64,000 nt of DNA, taken from Felis catus (lineage: Eukaryota). This document shows, one piece after another, positions 50,140 through 62,100 of this stretch; the first letter of the stretch is position 1, and every line of letters starts with the position of its first letter. Location of the stretch: assembly GCF_018350175.1 (NCBI RefSeq), contig NC_058368.1, forward strand, positions 192,946,001 through 193,010,000. The letters are read 5' to 3'. The notes under the pieces were generated by a model. It was not told where the DNA came from. It did no database searches and saw nothing but the letters and a program-made list of their open reading frames with translations. The translations under genes were made by a program, and so were the position numbers.

Positions 50140-50506
50140 CTCTGAAAAAGAATCTGGTGAGAGGCAGGGTAGCAGGATGGGATGAGAAGGGACCAAACAA
50201 AAGTGTGATTTCAGACTCCATCCCAGTCTCATTTGTGAGGATCCCTGGAGTGTAGATTACACCTTACAGTTGGCCCTGATTTGAGGCAAGAGAGCCGAGT
50301 TTTCATGCTCCTGCCCTCGTCAGTTGTTGGCTCTCAGGCACTTCCGGTGCTCTGAGAGCCAGGGCAGAGCACATCCAGCAGCCCAAGGAAAGGCCTCTGG
50401 AGTAAGCCATGGGGGTGAGTCACTGGAAGTTGGCTGAGGGATCACAGAAATGGTAAAAGGGATACGAGGGGCTCTGGGTGGAGCGCGGGCAGTGACGACT
50501 GCTACT
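50140..50506 (-). mobile_element. LTR33/LTR41-like ERVL LTR relic
   Basis: Reverse strand starts gtagcag...ccacccagagcccctc; ttgaggcaagagagc...ttttcatgctcc. Confidence 0.5.
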
Positions 50507-51054
50507 GATGGTGGCTCCTTGAAAATGGAGGCTCTGGCCCGTCAGACACCTTGAGCTGCACAGACTGCATACAGACAACGTGGATCTTAACCTGCTCCCT
50601 GCTGGCACCAGTGGGAGGCACCCAGGTGGCTTTTGGAGATAGCTCCATCAGCTGTCATTGGGAAGGGCTGGCGGAAGGTCTCAAATCTACATGAACGGCT
50701 GGGGGGATATGTGCATTGTATTGACCATGTAGGATACCCAATGAGGAATGCAAAACAACAGTGTTGTTGAGTGGGTCCGTGTCCTTATAAAGATGGATGG
50801 GGGCGGGAGGGGGGCAATTCCTCTTGACTCCTCTTGCTGTCATCTTCTTGGAATCTGCCTGCCTGCTTCTCTCTTTCTCCCTTTCCCCTTCTAAGTGCTA
50901 GAAGGCAAAAAGGCAGAGTTTTCCTGAGGCCTGCATGAGAAGAAGCACTGGAATAAGACTTGTGGAGTTAGACTTGGGTTCAAATCCTGGCTCTGTCACT
51001 TACTAACTGAGTGAATTAATCTCCCAGAAGTTCAGGTTCCTTACATACAATATT

Positions 51055-51281
51055 TTTTAACATGTATTTATTTTTGAGAGAGAGCAACAGGAGAGAGAGC
51101 AACAGAGCACAGGCAGGGTGGGGGTGGGGGTGGCAGGGAGAGAGGGAGACACAGAATCTGAAGCAGGTTCCAGGCTCTGGGCTGTCAGTACAGAGCCTGA
51201 CGCGGGGCTCGAACCCACGAACTGTGAAGTCATGACCTGAGCCGAAGTTGGATGCTTAACCGACTGAGCCACCCAGGCTCC
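51055..51281 (-). mobile_element. CanSINE inserted in a MIR (~50945-51330)
   Basis: Antisense SINE body; degenerate TSD cttac(a/g)ta(c/t)aa; MIR core gggttcaaatcctggctctgtcacttacta upstream. Confidence 0.93.
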
Positions 51282-52269
51282 TTACGTATAAAATAGGAAG
51301 CAAATACCTTTACTGATTAGGATTGCATTGAAATTGGAGGGGACTTTCAGAGTCTTAATTTCTTCGTCCATACACTAAATTATAATACGATTCATGATAA
51401 ATGATGCTGGTGCTAAGAACCCCTGCCTCTCAGGATTGATGTGGGGGTTAAAGAACTAAATACAGCAGATTTTTAGCACAGTGTACTGCAGATAGGTTAA
51501 AGTACCAGGCCCATCCCGACTGCCTGGCACTCTTAAGTCTTCTTAGAGTTAAGAATGATCTTTCCAGTCTAGCCACTCCTGGTCAGGTTATTTTTCATTT
51601 AGGCTTGGAGCCCACTTGAAGTGCTGCATTGTGTATTTTCTAATAAAAATCCTTCTCTTTTCCTTCCAGCCCTCGTGAGCTTATGACCACAGGTGTCTCT
51701 GGGTAAACAGACACAGGCCTGTCCAGAGGGAGAGAAACCCCATCAGGCCCGGCCTGCTGGGCCCAGGGGGAGGAATAACTACAGAAGAGAAAATGTCAAG
51801 GAGCTTCTCTTTCTCTTGGTAAATGCCCTGGACCAACCTGGACCTGTTTAATTTTGAGGCCAGAAGCACAAATTGAATCCTGCACCTTATGCATTTGTCT
51901 CCTCACCTTTTCCTGCAGGAATCTAGATGGGGATTAATAGGCTCACTCTAAGAGCAGAAGACGCAGGAGTGCCATCGAGTCTTTTGTGTTTACCGGGTTT
52001 GAAAGGATGGATCTAACTTAAGTCTAATTTAATCTTGGCTCTGTGAAAGTACGGTAAATTCCAAGCCGGGAAGAATAAACTGGAATGCCATAAAATGTTA
52101 GAGGTAATTTAAGTCAACTCCCTCACTCAGTAGATAAGGAACCCCAGGCCCGGGGTGGAGGGGAGGGGGCCCTGATGTGTCCACAGCCACATATCAAGCT
52201 GCTGCTGGCTGGAACTGGGGCCAGGCTGCCTGAGTCCTGGGCCAGTGCTCTGAACTGTCATTCATTTCT

Positions 52270-52640
52270 GTGCTGTTGTCATGATTTTGTCATATTTGCA
52301 GGCCATCTGCACCTTTATTAACATGGTTTCTTTAATAGCTGAATGGACTTTAGTTTTTATCCCTAAACAAATTTATTTTGAAAGGAAACTGCTGTGAAGG
52401 GAGAGCAAGGATCGTTGGCCACAAATAGAAGGCGACTGTAAAAATAAGTGCCAAGAAACGAAGCAATATTGTTAAATATTAGCAAGGTATGTGAAGAGAC
52501 CACCCACTCTCTCTGTTGAAAGGGAGATTCATAATGTTAATGAGAATTTTAAAATGAGAGCTTAAAAGGGAATAGCTTTCTTATCAGGGAAGAGGATGTT
52601 TTTAAGTGTGTTTGTGGACCAAGTCACATTGTCTCTCATA
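52270..52640. mobile_element. Probable ancient hAT-type DNA transposon relic (family uncertain)
   Basis: AT-rich block with cacaaatagaagg...tgtaaaaataa resembling Charlie-family relics; weak recognition only. Confidence 0.35.
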
Positions 52641-52689
52641 TCATGAGTGGCTAAATTGATCAGGAAAGAAAGTAGGTGTGAAAGTTTCT

Positions 52690-52900
52690 AAGGGTTCAAA
52701 TCCCCACTGTGCCATTTACCAGCTACACAGCCTTGAGCAAGTTACTTAACCGCCTTCTGCCTCAGTTTCCTCACTCATAAAATGGGAATAGTAGTGTGTG
52801 TGGACCATGGGATTGTTGCAAGTATTAAATTAGATAGTATGTACAAGGTCCTCAGAACGGTACTTGGCACAGAGCAAGCACACAATAGTCTCAGGTATTA
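52690..52900 (+). mobile_element. MIR relic
   Basis: gggttcaaatccc...ccttgagcaagttacttaac...cctcagtttcctca...aaaatggga. Confidence 0.85.
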
Positions 52901-52944
52901 TTGTAATTACCGTTATTAAAATGGCAATGGTATTTACTCTATGG

Positions 52945-53150
52945 CAGGATTGCAAACTTTCTTTGAAGGGTCACATAGAAAATATTTTAGCCTTTGTGGT
53001 CTACGTGGTCTCAGCTGCGACTACTCAACTCTGCCCTAGTATCCAGCAAGCGGCCACAAGCAGTACATCAACAAATGTGTGAGGCTATGTTCCAATAAAA
53101 CTCTGTTTACAAAATAGGCTGTGGGCTGGATTTGGCCTGCAGGCTATAGT
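52945..53150. mobile_element. MER58A-like MITE (hAT-Charlie)
   Basis: gcaaactttct...aatattttag...actactcaactctgcc...tgttccaataaaact...ggatttggcctgcaggctatagt. Confidence 0.85.
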
Positions 53151-54149
53151 GTGGGATAGAGGCTGATGGGTATGGAAGACAAAAAGCCAAATGCTTTGTG
53201 GGCTATTTTGAATAAAATCTGCACCCATGTGAGGTAGCATCGTATCTCATACCTTTGCCCAAATCCCAAACTTTGGAAGTCACTCTCAGACACCTCAAAT
53301 TTAGTTTCTATTCTTACTACCTGCCACCATCTTAACCATCCCCCAAACGGCCATGGGCCTGAGCAGCTCCTGAACTTGAGGTGGTCGGCGTTAAAAGCAT
53401 GGCCTTGGGAGTCAGGATGACTTGGGTTTGTCACTCACCCTGCAAGGTAGTCATTTTCTTCCTGCACGCGAGGATGTTGCACTCAGCTGGGTGGAGTCAT
53501 CTGCCCACTTTCCTGCAGCCAATCAGTTGACATCAATTCCACAAGCCTGAAATTTGACTCTAATCCAGAAACCCCAGGGCCAGGGTTTTCTGGACACTTT
53601 TCTAGTCTCCATGATAAAGGTGGGGAGGGCTTGAGAAGGATGGATATTGAGTTGGAAATGATGCTATGGCTTGGGTCACCAGACACCCCAGGAGAAAGGA
53701 GGGTGTTGTGCTCAGAGACCTTAAGAGAAGGTGGAAAGCCCGCTGGGCTGATCTGCTCTTTCAATGGTGACCCGTAACTGTGTACCTGGGGAGGTTTTCC
53801 CACCTCCTTGTGCCTCACTTGCCCCCAGTGTAATAATAAGAAACAGCATTTATTGAGTTCATACACAGGGCACCGTCCTTTCCAACACTTTATCTCATTT
53901 TCTCCTCACAACAACGCTGAGAATTTCAGCCCGGTGGCACTGATGAGTTAGGAGAGGCTCCAAAAGCTCATTTGAATTGCCCGGGGTCGCAGAGCTAGAA
54001 GTAGCCCTGCTGGGATTTGACTGCTGGTGTCTCTGGTTACAAGTTTTTTTCAGTGCAAAATATTCCTTAGAGGAGTCTATATCCTCTCTGAGGTGAGTCC
54101 ACAAATGAGGAGGACGCACATGGACGTTTTAGAATTCTAGAAACAAAGC

Positions 54150-54365
54150 TAACGCATGTTGCACTCACTATGTTCTTGGCACTATGCAAGACTAGTCCTT
54201 CCAAATGACCCTATGAACCGGGGGCTAATAGTATCCTCTTTCAGCACATTTGGAAACTGAGGCTCATAGACTTTAAGTAACTTGTCCAAAGTCGCTCAGC
54301 TACTAAGAAACATGCTGTGGTTTGAATCCAGGTCAAACTCACTCCCAAACCCATGTTCTTTAAGA
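54150..54365 (-). mobile_element. MIR relic
   Basis: ggaaactgaggctc...ttaagtaacttgtccaaagtc...tttgaatccagg. Confidence 0.75.
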
Positions 54366-54367
54366 GT

Positions 54368-54452
54368 TTATTGTCCAGGCCAGAACACTTTTGAAAGTGA
54401 GCGTTAATAATTATGCCAGGACAGAGGCAGAAACAAGGATGTGTGGTCATCC
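54368..54452. mobile_element. MER94-like hAT relic
   Basis: tttattgtcca...acacttttgaaagtga...taataattatgccaggaca...tggtcatcc. Confidence 0.55.
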
Positions 54453-56339
54453 CAGCTCTTGACCTCTTGGTTCTCCCCATGCCTCAGGACCACCGTAAAT
54501 GAATCATCATGACACAGAGAAGAGTCTACTACAGCCGGCAGCACCACCATTCTTATTAACAATTAATACTTCTATTGATCTCAGGAAGCATTTTAGGAAA
54601 GAGGTAAAGTCCTGTGGAAGTGAGGCATTTGGGATTGGATACTTAAGATTTTCAGGAAGGGATGGTTTTAATTGCTTCTGGAGTTGCTACGTCACTGAAC
54701 AGCTGGGACCAACTCCCCACTTTCATTCCGACTCTGACTGCAGGCACCTGGTGAAAAGGATAGGTGGGTTAAAAGACTGCTCCAAGGAAATGGAGACTAA
54801 TGACTTTAAATTTGGTACGATAAGAAGACCACAGAATTTCTTAGATCCAGAAAAGAGACCAGATCATTATCAGGCTATTGTTTGAAACCACACGGACCTC
54901 TAACTCAAGGTGATTATCACATGGGGGTAAGGCTGGTGGCTGTCTCCTCTGGACACCTGGAGGCATGCTGGGGGGGAACTGTCTGCATCAGAATTTCCCT
55001 AATTGAACCATAAGGGCCTTATCCCTTTGGGTAGAAGTTTCATTCTTCTAGCAGATCAGTTTAAAAATATCCATAGAACCATTTGAGTTCATTATCAGTC
55101 ATAAACATGGTGGAATTCATTACACATCAGATTTTCCTTTAAAATTTTACAGGTGGCTGGGATGTAGGAAAGGTAAGTTGTGGTAGAGAAATGGATAGAG
55201 GGGAAGCTTCAGGACATGGGTTTTTGCCTGAGGAGTTTACCTTAGTGTGAGGCTCCTCGCAGCCAGGAAGCAGCAAAACAGGCTCTGGGACCTAAGTGCT
55301 GAGGAGGAGACCGCAACGGGAGGGTTAAGTCCACCTCTGCTGCCTTGACCATGCTGGAGAGAATGGTGAGGTCATGGGAGTCAAAGTGGTACAAGGCAAA
55401 GAGGCTAGGGTGCTGGGGTGGCTCTACTAACATGAGACTTCAGGCAAGTTAATCATCCTGTGACGCCTCATCTACCAAGCATGAAGCTTGGCTGAAAATG
55501 AAATAATCTCCAAGGGCCTGTGCAGCTCTAATACCGATGGGGTTCTAGACTTTGTCACTAAGCGTGCCTAAGTAGGTGCCTTAGAGCTAAGAGGCATTTG
55601 ATTGGAGTGCAGTTGTGACTCAAGCCAGTGTTCTCCCTCCACACTGTCCCTTCTCCTCACTTTAATTCTCTTGGTGACCAAGGGTGCTTTAAACCTCTCC
55701 TAGTCCCATTTATTCTCTTTGATTTCTGGAGAGGGGACGGGGAAGGAGGTCCAGTAAGAACGGAGGGTGACTGGGCAAAGGTTTCTGCTGGAATCCACTC
55801 CTAGGGTCCCACCCTGGGGGCATCAGAAATTGCCTAAGAGAGAGCTGAGAAAAGTAGTCAAGAAAAGTAGTCAAGACTACCAACTACAGCAAAGATAAAT
55901 CGTATATGGACATGGCCCAAGGACTGACCACAAAGTCTAAGAGAACACGTCAACTTAGTGGACAATGTCAACTAAGATTTAGCTTCTCAGTGCTTTGGTT
56001 TTGTTTTGTTTTTTTCCCCCATCTTTAATGAGTAATCAGGGTGGACTGTTAATATTAAATGGACACCTACTCTGACAGGAGCTGGCTTGGTATGTTATGT
56101 ATTATCTCATTTAGTCCTTACAAGAACCCTGCATGGGAAATATTATCTTCATTTTACACAAGAAGAAACAACAGCTGAGAGAAGATAAATCATTTGCCCA
56201 AGTTTATACAGCTCAGGGGCAGCAAAGCTGGGAACACACCAGGTCTGTCTGACCCTAAGGCGCAAGGTTGGGCCCCTACCTAATGCTACCATTTTAGGAA
56301 GGAGCCAGATTTCACTATCCCTCTAGCTTACTCAACAGG

Positions 56340-56570
56340 CTTTAGTGCAGGAGGAGGGGGAAGAGGGCAGACTGCCTGGGTCCAAATTTCATTTATTAGC
56401 CTGTTACTTGGGGCAAGTTACTTAACTTCTCTGAGCCTTAGCTTTTTTACCTATACTGGAGGGATTAGAATAGCCCTCATCTCAGAGATGTGTTATAAGG
56501 ATGAAATGAAAGTAAGTATGAAATGAATTTATAGGCCCATAGCAAAGGCTCCATAATTTTAGCCATTATT
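56340..56570 (+). mobile_element. MIR relic
   Basis: cagactgcctgggtccaaat...gggcaagttacttaacttctctgagcct. Confidence 0.75.
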
Positions 56571-56588
56571 TTAATTCATGTTATTCTT

Positions 56589-56649
56589 TTTTAAAAATTT
56601 ATTTTATTTATTTTGAGAGAGACAGAGACAGTGTGAGTGGAGGAGGGGC

Positions 56650-56690
<41 letters not shown>

Positions 56691-56844
56691 GGAGAGAGAG
56701 AGAATCAACCCCAAGCAGGCTCCATGCTGCCATGCTGCCAGCACAGAGCCTGATGTGGGGCTCAAACCCACAAAGACCTGGGATCATGACCTGAGCTGAA
56801 ACCAAGAGTCGGATGCTTAACCGACTGAGCCACCCAGGTGCCCC
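56589..56844 (-). mobile_element. CanSINE (older of a tandem pair)
   Basis: Antisense body, long (GA)n; flanked by t(a/g)attcatgttattctt. Confidence 0.95.
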
Positions 56845-56861
56845 TGATTCATGTTATTCTT

Positions 56862-57084
56862 TTTTTTCATTTTTTTTTTTCAACGTTTATTTACTTTTTG
56901 GGACAGAGAGAGACAGAGCATGAACGGGGGAGGGTCAGAGAGAGAGGGAGACACAGAATCGGAAACAGGCTCCAGGCTCCGAGCCATCAGCCCAGAGCCC
57001 GACGCGGGGCTCGAACTCACGGACTGCGAGATCATGACCTGGCTGAAGTCGGACGCTTAACCGACTGCGCCACCCAGGCGCCCC
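56862..57084 (-). mobile_element. Young SINEC_Fc (younger of the tandem pair)
   Basis: Full length, CpG-rich; perfect TSD tgattcatgttattctt (56845-56861 / 57085-57101). Confidence 0.97.
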
Positions 57085-58549
57085 TGATTCATGTTATTCT
57101 TAAACGGTACACAAATCAAACTGTGGCTTCCTTGAATTCTACAGATGGGTGGGTCTTCTGATAAATCCTGGCTGTTCTCAAGTGCCATTTGTGAAAGCTA
57201 AGAAGTCAGTCCCACCAGCGTCAGAAAACCCGACCTGACATGCGGATGGTTTACAAGGAGCTTTCACAGGATTTCATCAGCACAATCCACCCTCAAGGTA
57301 GGGAACACAGACATGCTGACCACTCTTGGCAGGTAAGATGAGTCACACAGCTAGAGGTGGGACAAGAGGCCTTTTTTTTTGGATTGGTTTGTTTTTAATT
57401 CCCAAACCCAGAGCTTTAATCTACTGAGTCGTAGAGAATGAAAATGGATTCTCTTGGAGCCTTCAGGTGTCTGTAGGTGCACGTGGAAAGACAGATGGCT
57501 ACATTAATGAGGAATGAGGAAAGAGGGGGCCCTGGAACATCCCAGATTTAGAAAAGAAAGGGATGTATTCAAGCTAGGCTCCTCACTTAACCCCTCTGGA
57601 ATTCTTGGAAATTTGGTGTCTGGGCTTGAACTTGGAGTGACTACCCCACTCGATCTAATTCCCACCCTGGGCTGTGTCTACCCGGACCAGACTAAAGCCC
57701 CTCCCTCAGCCCTTCCCCAGGAGCTGGTGACTATCAACCCCCACTGGGGGCTTGTGGAAATGCGCACACCCTGATGTTTTCCCTTCCAAAAGCTTACTGG
57801 GGACTGGTTGCAGCTGATCTCCAGGAGCGGCCTGCCTTGGTGTTGGGCACGCGGGTTTAGGAGATAATAATGTTTCCATGTCTCAGCTGGGCCTGCTTGG
57901 CCACCCAGGTGCCTGTCTGCTGTTTCCCACTCAGGACTCTGTTATTAGAAGGGCGGGCTGTGGGAGGAGGGGCAGCTGCTGGCCTTCCTGTCCCTCCTGC
58001 AACCCAACAGCGGCCTCTCGTGTCCATCAACAGAACTGCAGGCACTCTTGTCTCGCTTCCTTCCTGGGTTTTCTTCAGTCTTTCTGATTATATTTATTGA
58101 GACCTACTGTGTCAGCCATGGTTCTAGACACTGCGGACACACCAGGGAACCAAGCAAAATCCTTTCGCTTGTTACACTTTAACGTATCCGTTGGGGAGGC
58201 AGAAAATATACATACACGTATGTGCATACAGATGCTGGATATTCAGAACTATGGAAAAATTAAGCAGGGAAGAGGGATCCTGAGGGGGAGCAGGGTAGCA
58301 CTTTTCAATAAGGTGGTCAGGAAAGCCTCACTGATAAGGTGGCATCTAAGAAGGACTTGAGAGAGATGGGGTGGGGCATCCCGGTGGATGAACCGGCAGG
58401 AATGAAAATCCTTGAATGAGGGGGCTCCCTGCCTATTTCAGGGACAAGGAGGCCAGTTGGGCTGGAACAGACTGAGTAAGAGAAAAGCAGCAGTCAATAC
58501 TGTCTGAGAGGCTGTGGGGCCAGATCGGGTGAGGGTTGGGTCCCGGCCT

Positions 58550-58708
58550 AGCTTCAGTGTCAAGTGGAGGCTTATTAGAGATGCAAATTCCCGGGCCCTG
58601 ACCCAGCCGTGCGTAGCCAAGAGCTCTGTGAGGGGGTTCCAGCGGTCCATGTTTTCTCACAAGCCTTCCGGCGGAGTCTGATGCTCCTGCCTCTTTGAAA
58701 CACTGACT
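58550..58708. mobile_element. MER5A-like MITE
   Basis: gcttattagagatgcaaattcccgggccc...acaagcc...tctgatgc...tttgaaacactg. Confidence 0.65.
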
Positions 58709-58740
58709 GTGGACCTTAGAGGCCATTGCTTTGTCAGCGT

Positions 58741-58881
58741 GGGCAGAGAGAGACTCTGAAGCAGGCTCCAGGCTCTGAGCTGTCAGCACAGAGCCAGATG
58801 CGGTGTTTGAACTCATGAGCTGTGATATCATGGCCTAAGTGGAAGTCCGATTGTTAACCGACTGAGCCACCCAAGCGCCCC
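58741..58881 (-). mobile_element. CanSINE fragment lacking its A tail
   Basis: tctgaagcaggctccaggctctgagctgtcagcacagagcc...gagccacccaagcgcccc. Confidence 0.9.
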
Positions 58882-60204
58882 GATTTTGAACGTGTGAAGT
58901 GTGAGATGTCTATTTGACAGCCAAATGGAGATGGCTGGGCTGGACATCCAAGTTTATGATCCATCAGGGATAGATAACGTTTAAAGCCATACAGCTAGGT
59001 GAGACTTAGGGAGAGTATAGATAAAACAGAGAAGGTTGAGGAAGACCTAGAGGGACTCTGATGTAGGAAGAAAGGAAGTAGGAAGAGAACCCAGGAACCC
59101 CAGTGAGAAAATATTTCAAGAAGGAGAGCAAGGTCAATGGTCACAAGCTGCTGACCGTCCTACAGGATGAAGACTGAGCATTGGCTGCTGGACTTAACAG
59201 CATCTAGGTCATGGGGGTCATAGCAACTGGGAACAATGTCAGTGGAGGGGCTGGGAGAGGGTGAAGGCCTGTTTGTAAAATGGGAAGAGAGGAATTGGAG
59301 ACAGAGGATAAGCAAGTCTTTTGCAAGATTTTGCTGTAAAGGGAGGGTGTCAGAGGAGAACAGGGTCGAGAAAGCCCCCCCCCCTTTTAATATGAGAGAA
59401 ATAACATTTCTACCTTTGTTAGGAAAGATCTTCTAGCATGGGGAGAAATTAATAGATATTTTAATAACAATGAACATTTATTAAGCACAGTTTCATGCTC
59501 CTCGCACTGTGTTTAATGTTACACATGAATTATTTCCCATACAACATTTCCTCCTTGCCGCAATCCTAGAGAAGATGCTGCTATTACCTCCAATTTATAG
59601 ACAACAGAGCTTGAGTGCTGAAAAATGAACTAATGAACAGCCAATGCGATGGGAGACATCCTCGAGTCACCTCCAGAACTCAAGCTCTTGACTCCTGCCT
59701 GGCAAACCTAGCTGTCGGGCTCCCTGCACGTGGGACACCCTTGCAAATGCTTCAGGTTTTTTGGTGCTCAACTAGAAGAGATGAAATGACTCAGAACTGC
59801 CCCAAAGAAACCCACAATCAATTAAAAGTCGTCATGACGATAGCAGTATTGTAAAGTTTCCCTGCTTACAACCAAAAGAAAAGCTTCTGGATATCTTGCT
59901 CTTCCCTCTGTCATTCCCAGCACAAGATTGCTGTTGCACAGAACTGCGTATTGCCTGGAACATCCTGGGTGTTCAGTCTGGCTGTGTGCATCGTGTTGCA
60001 CTGTCTGCAAGGCACAGTCTCTTTGATTCCTTTAAACATGCTCCCTTCCTTTGCTACTGGCCTGGATACTCAGATGTCTTCCCTGCCTCTTTCTCTTAGA
60101 GGGCCCCCCTCTGCACAACCGCTTTAGGATGCATGACCGGTCCAGCTCAGTATCTGCTGGTGGACATTCTCTAACAGTCTGTATCCTTAGTAGAAGTAAA
60201 AGGA

Positions 60205-60667
60205 AATTGCTGAATAGTTTCCCTCCAAACTTCATGTCCACCCCGAACCTTAGAATGTGACCTTATTTGGAAATGGGTCTTTGCAGGTAGAATGGCAAAG
60301 TTACAGATGAGTCATATTGGATTGGTGGGGCAGGGTGGTGGTGGGGCTACTCCAATGACTGTTGTCCTTGTAAGAGAGAACAGAGACACAAGACAGACCC
60401 TCAGAGAGGATACCATGTGACTATGGAGTTAGAGATTGGAGTGACGGACACAGCCACAAGTCCAGGAACACCAAGGATTTCTGGCAACAACAGAAGCCCA
60501 GAGGAGGCAAGGAAGGGTCCCTCTGTAGAGTCTTCAGAGAGAGCATTGTTCTGCTGACACCCTGATTTCAGATTTCTAGCTTCCTGAGCTGTAAGAGGAT
60601 AAACTCCTATTGTGCTAAAGCACCATTTTTCTGGTAATGGGTTATGGCAGCCCGAGAAAACTAATCA
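60205..60667 (+). mobile_element. MLT1C-like (MaLR) solo LTR
   Basis: ttcatgtccacccc...agaatgtgaccttatttggaaat; gacaccctgatttcaga; gttatggcagcc...aaactaat. Confidence 0.85.
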
Positions 60668-60883
60668 AGTACCCATTGGTCAGAATATCTCACAGCTGTG
60701 AGATAATGTAGGTCAGTCAGTTTATTTTAAAGATGTGGAAGGTAAAGCCCAAGAAGGGCAAGGGGTTTGTCCAAGATCACACGGCTACTGAATTTCAGGC
60801 CCCGTGTCTGTTTGGTTCACACTGCATCCTCTGTAACCTGGAATACTGCCTGGTACCTAATAGGGTACAAATGTTGATTTGTT

Positions 60884-60913
60884 GAATGAATGAATGAATG
60901 AATGAATGAATGA
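60884..60913 (+). repeat. (TGAA)n tail of an L2 3' end
   Basis: tgcctggtacctaatagg...ttgttgaatgaatgaatga. Confidence 0.85.
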
Positions 60914-61559
60914 GTCCCTGGATCAGGGTTCCTTCAAATCATGTTCTCGTGACTTGCTAAGCTTAAAACCAACACTACTTTTTCTAAATTGGCAATTCCT
61001 TTTCTCCCAGTGTTCAGAGTAACACCTATCAGCTATGGATTGATTTTTGTTGTTGAAAATATCAAGGTTTCTTGGAGAACTAGTCAGAGAAAATTTCTAA
61101 TATTGAACCATAATGCTTTGTAGGTTTCCCTTTACTACCTAAAAAGGACTTTCCTGTTCTACCAGACATTCCTCTTAAATAAGGGCCCAAGTATCCTAAA
61201 AACAGTGCCATCTAAAATTTACTAATATTGTACCAACCCATTGAGTCTAGTTATATTTAGCCTAAGGCCTTGGGGATAAATTCTTGACTGCTTGTAGGAT
61301 AAAGGCAATATGACTGATAGCCTCCATCTAAGGTAACCATGCTATGTCAGATATTTGTTAAGGACTTTGCTATGTTATTACCTATCTTCACAATAAAGAT
61401 TAATGATACCTTTCAAGGTATTGATTGTACCTATGTTGTCCCATAAGACAGCCACTTCAGGGAAGGAGCTCTTTTTGGAGGTCTGGCATCAGCAGTGACA
61501 AGCTTATGGCTTCGTGAACATATAGGAGGATGCTATTCTGTGCTTTAAAACTCCTGAGA

Positions 61560-62100
61560 ACTTATTTTACAGATAAAGTCCCTCAAGTGTGCAAAGATAT
61601 ATGTCCAGAGATATTTGTTACAAATATGTTATAAGAGCAAAAGCTTGGAAAAACTAGGATTCCCATCAAGAAGGAGTGGTTAAAGGGTACATTACATTAA
61701 TATAATACCAGAGTCATTTAAAAGAATGAGGCAGATCGATAGGTATTGCTATGGAAAAATGTCCGACATATAGGGTCTGAACAGTTCCATTTGTGCATGG
61801 TTCTATTTTGGTAAGATAAACACAATGATATAAAATACAGATAGGAAGGAAGGTGAGAAAGAACTCTATAATCTTACTTGTGTAAACTAAAGACAATTAT
61901 GTAGAATAGAAAGGGAGGAAGGGATAGAAAGGAAGGAAGGAAGGGATAACATTTCTGGAAGGGTGTATAAAATACTGCTAATATATGGGGAGTATTACCA
62001 GGAAGCAGGGTGTGGGAAACAAAGAAAAGATACCTTTTTTTTTTTTAACTAAAAGGCTTCTATACTGTTCATATTTTAAAATAATATGCATGCATTAAAC
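61560..62100 (+). mobile_element. Ancient L1 (L1ME-type) 3' fragment
   Basis: gtgcaaagatatatgt, ataagagcaaaagcttggaa, atggaaaaatgtcc. Confidence 0.6.

Larger units (their letters stand above)
58090..59430 (-). mobile_element. L2 LINE relic interrupted by MER5A and a SINE
   Basis: tatttattgagacctactgtg, ataaggtggtcaggaaagcctcactga, gaagactgagcattggc. Confidence 0.7.

Noticed and set aside
54499..54885. 128-aa ATG-initiated ORF in unique DNA
   Set aside because: No recognisable domain, promoter or splice context; length is compatible with chance in 64 kb. A BLASTP or PhyloCSF hit would change this.
43846..55876. Micro-duplications (accccatgcatacttc x2 near 43846-43886; agaaaagtagtca x2 near 55848-55873; similar ones near 5926, 6717 and 15550)
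   Set aside because: Ordinary short slippage duplications with no sign of function.
9931..57161. Recurrent short ORFs such as MAQSVKRPTSAQVMIS..., MGQRETEHERGRGRE..., MPGWRSRLSVRLQ...
   Set aside because: They are translations of CanSINE copies and recur wherever a SINE lies; not a gene family.
39599..58588. Octamer motifs ATGCAAAT at 39599 and 58581
   Set aside because: Both lie inside DNA-transposon relics with no supporting motif cluster.
407..58881. tRNA genes suggested by A/B-box-like motifs (tggctcagtcggtt, gttcgagccc)
   Set aside because: These are the tRNA-derived heads of CanSINEs, followed by SINE body and A tail.
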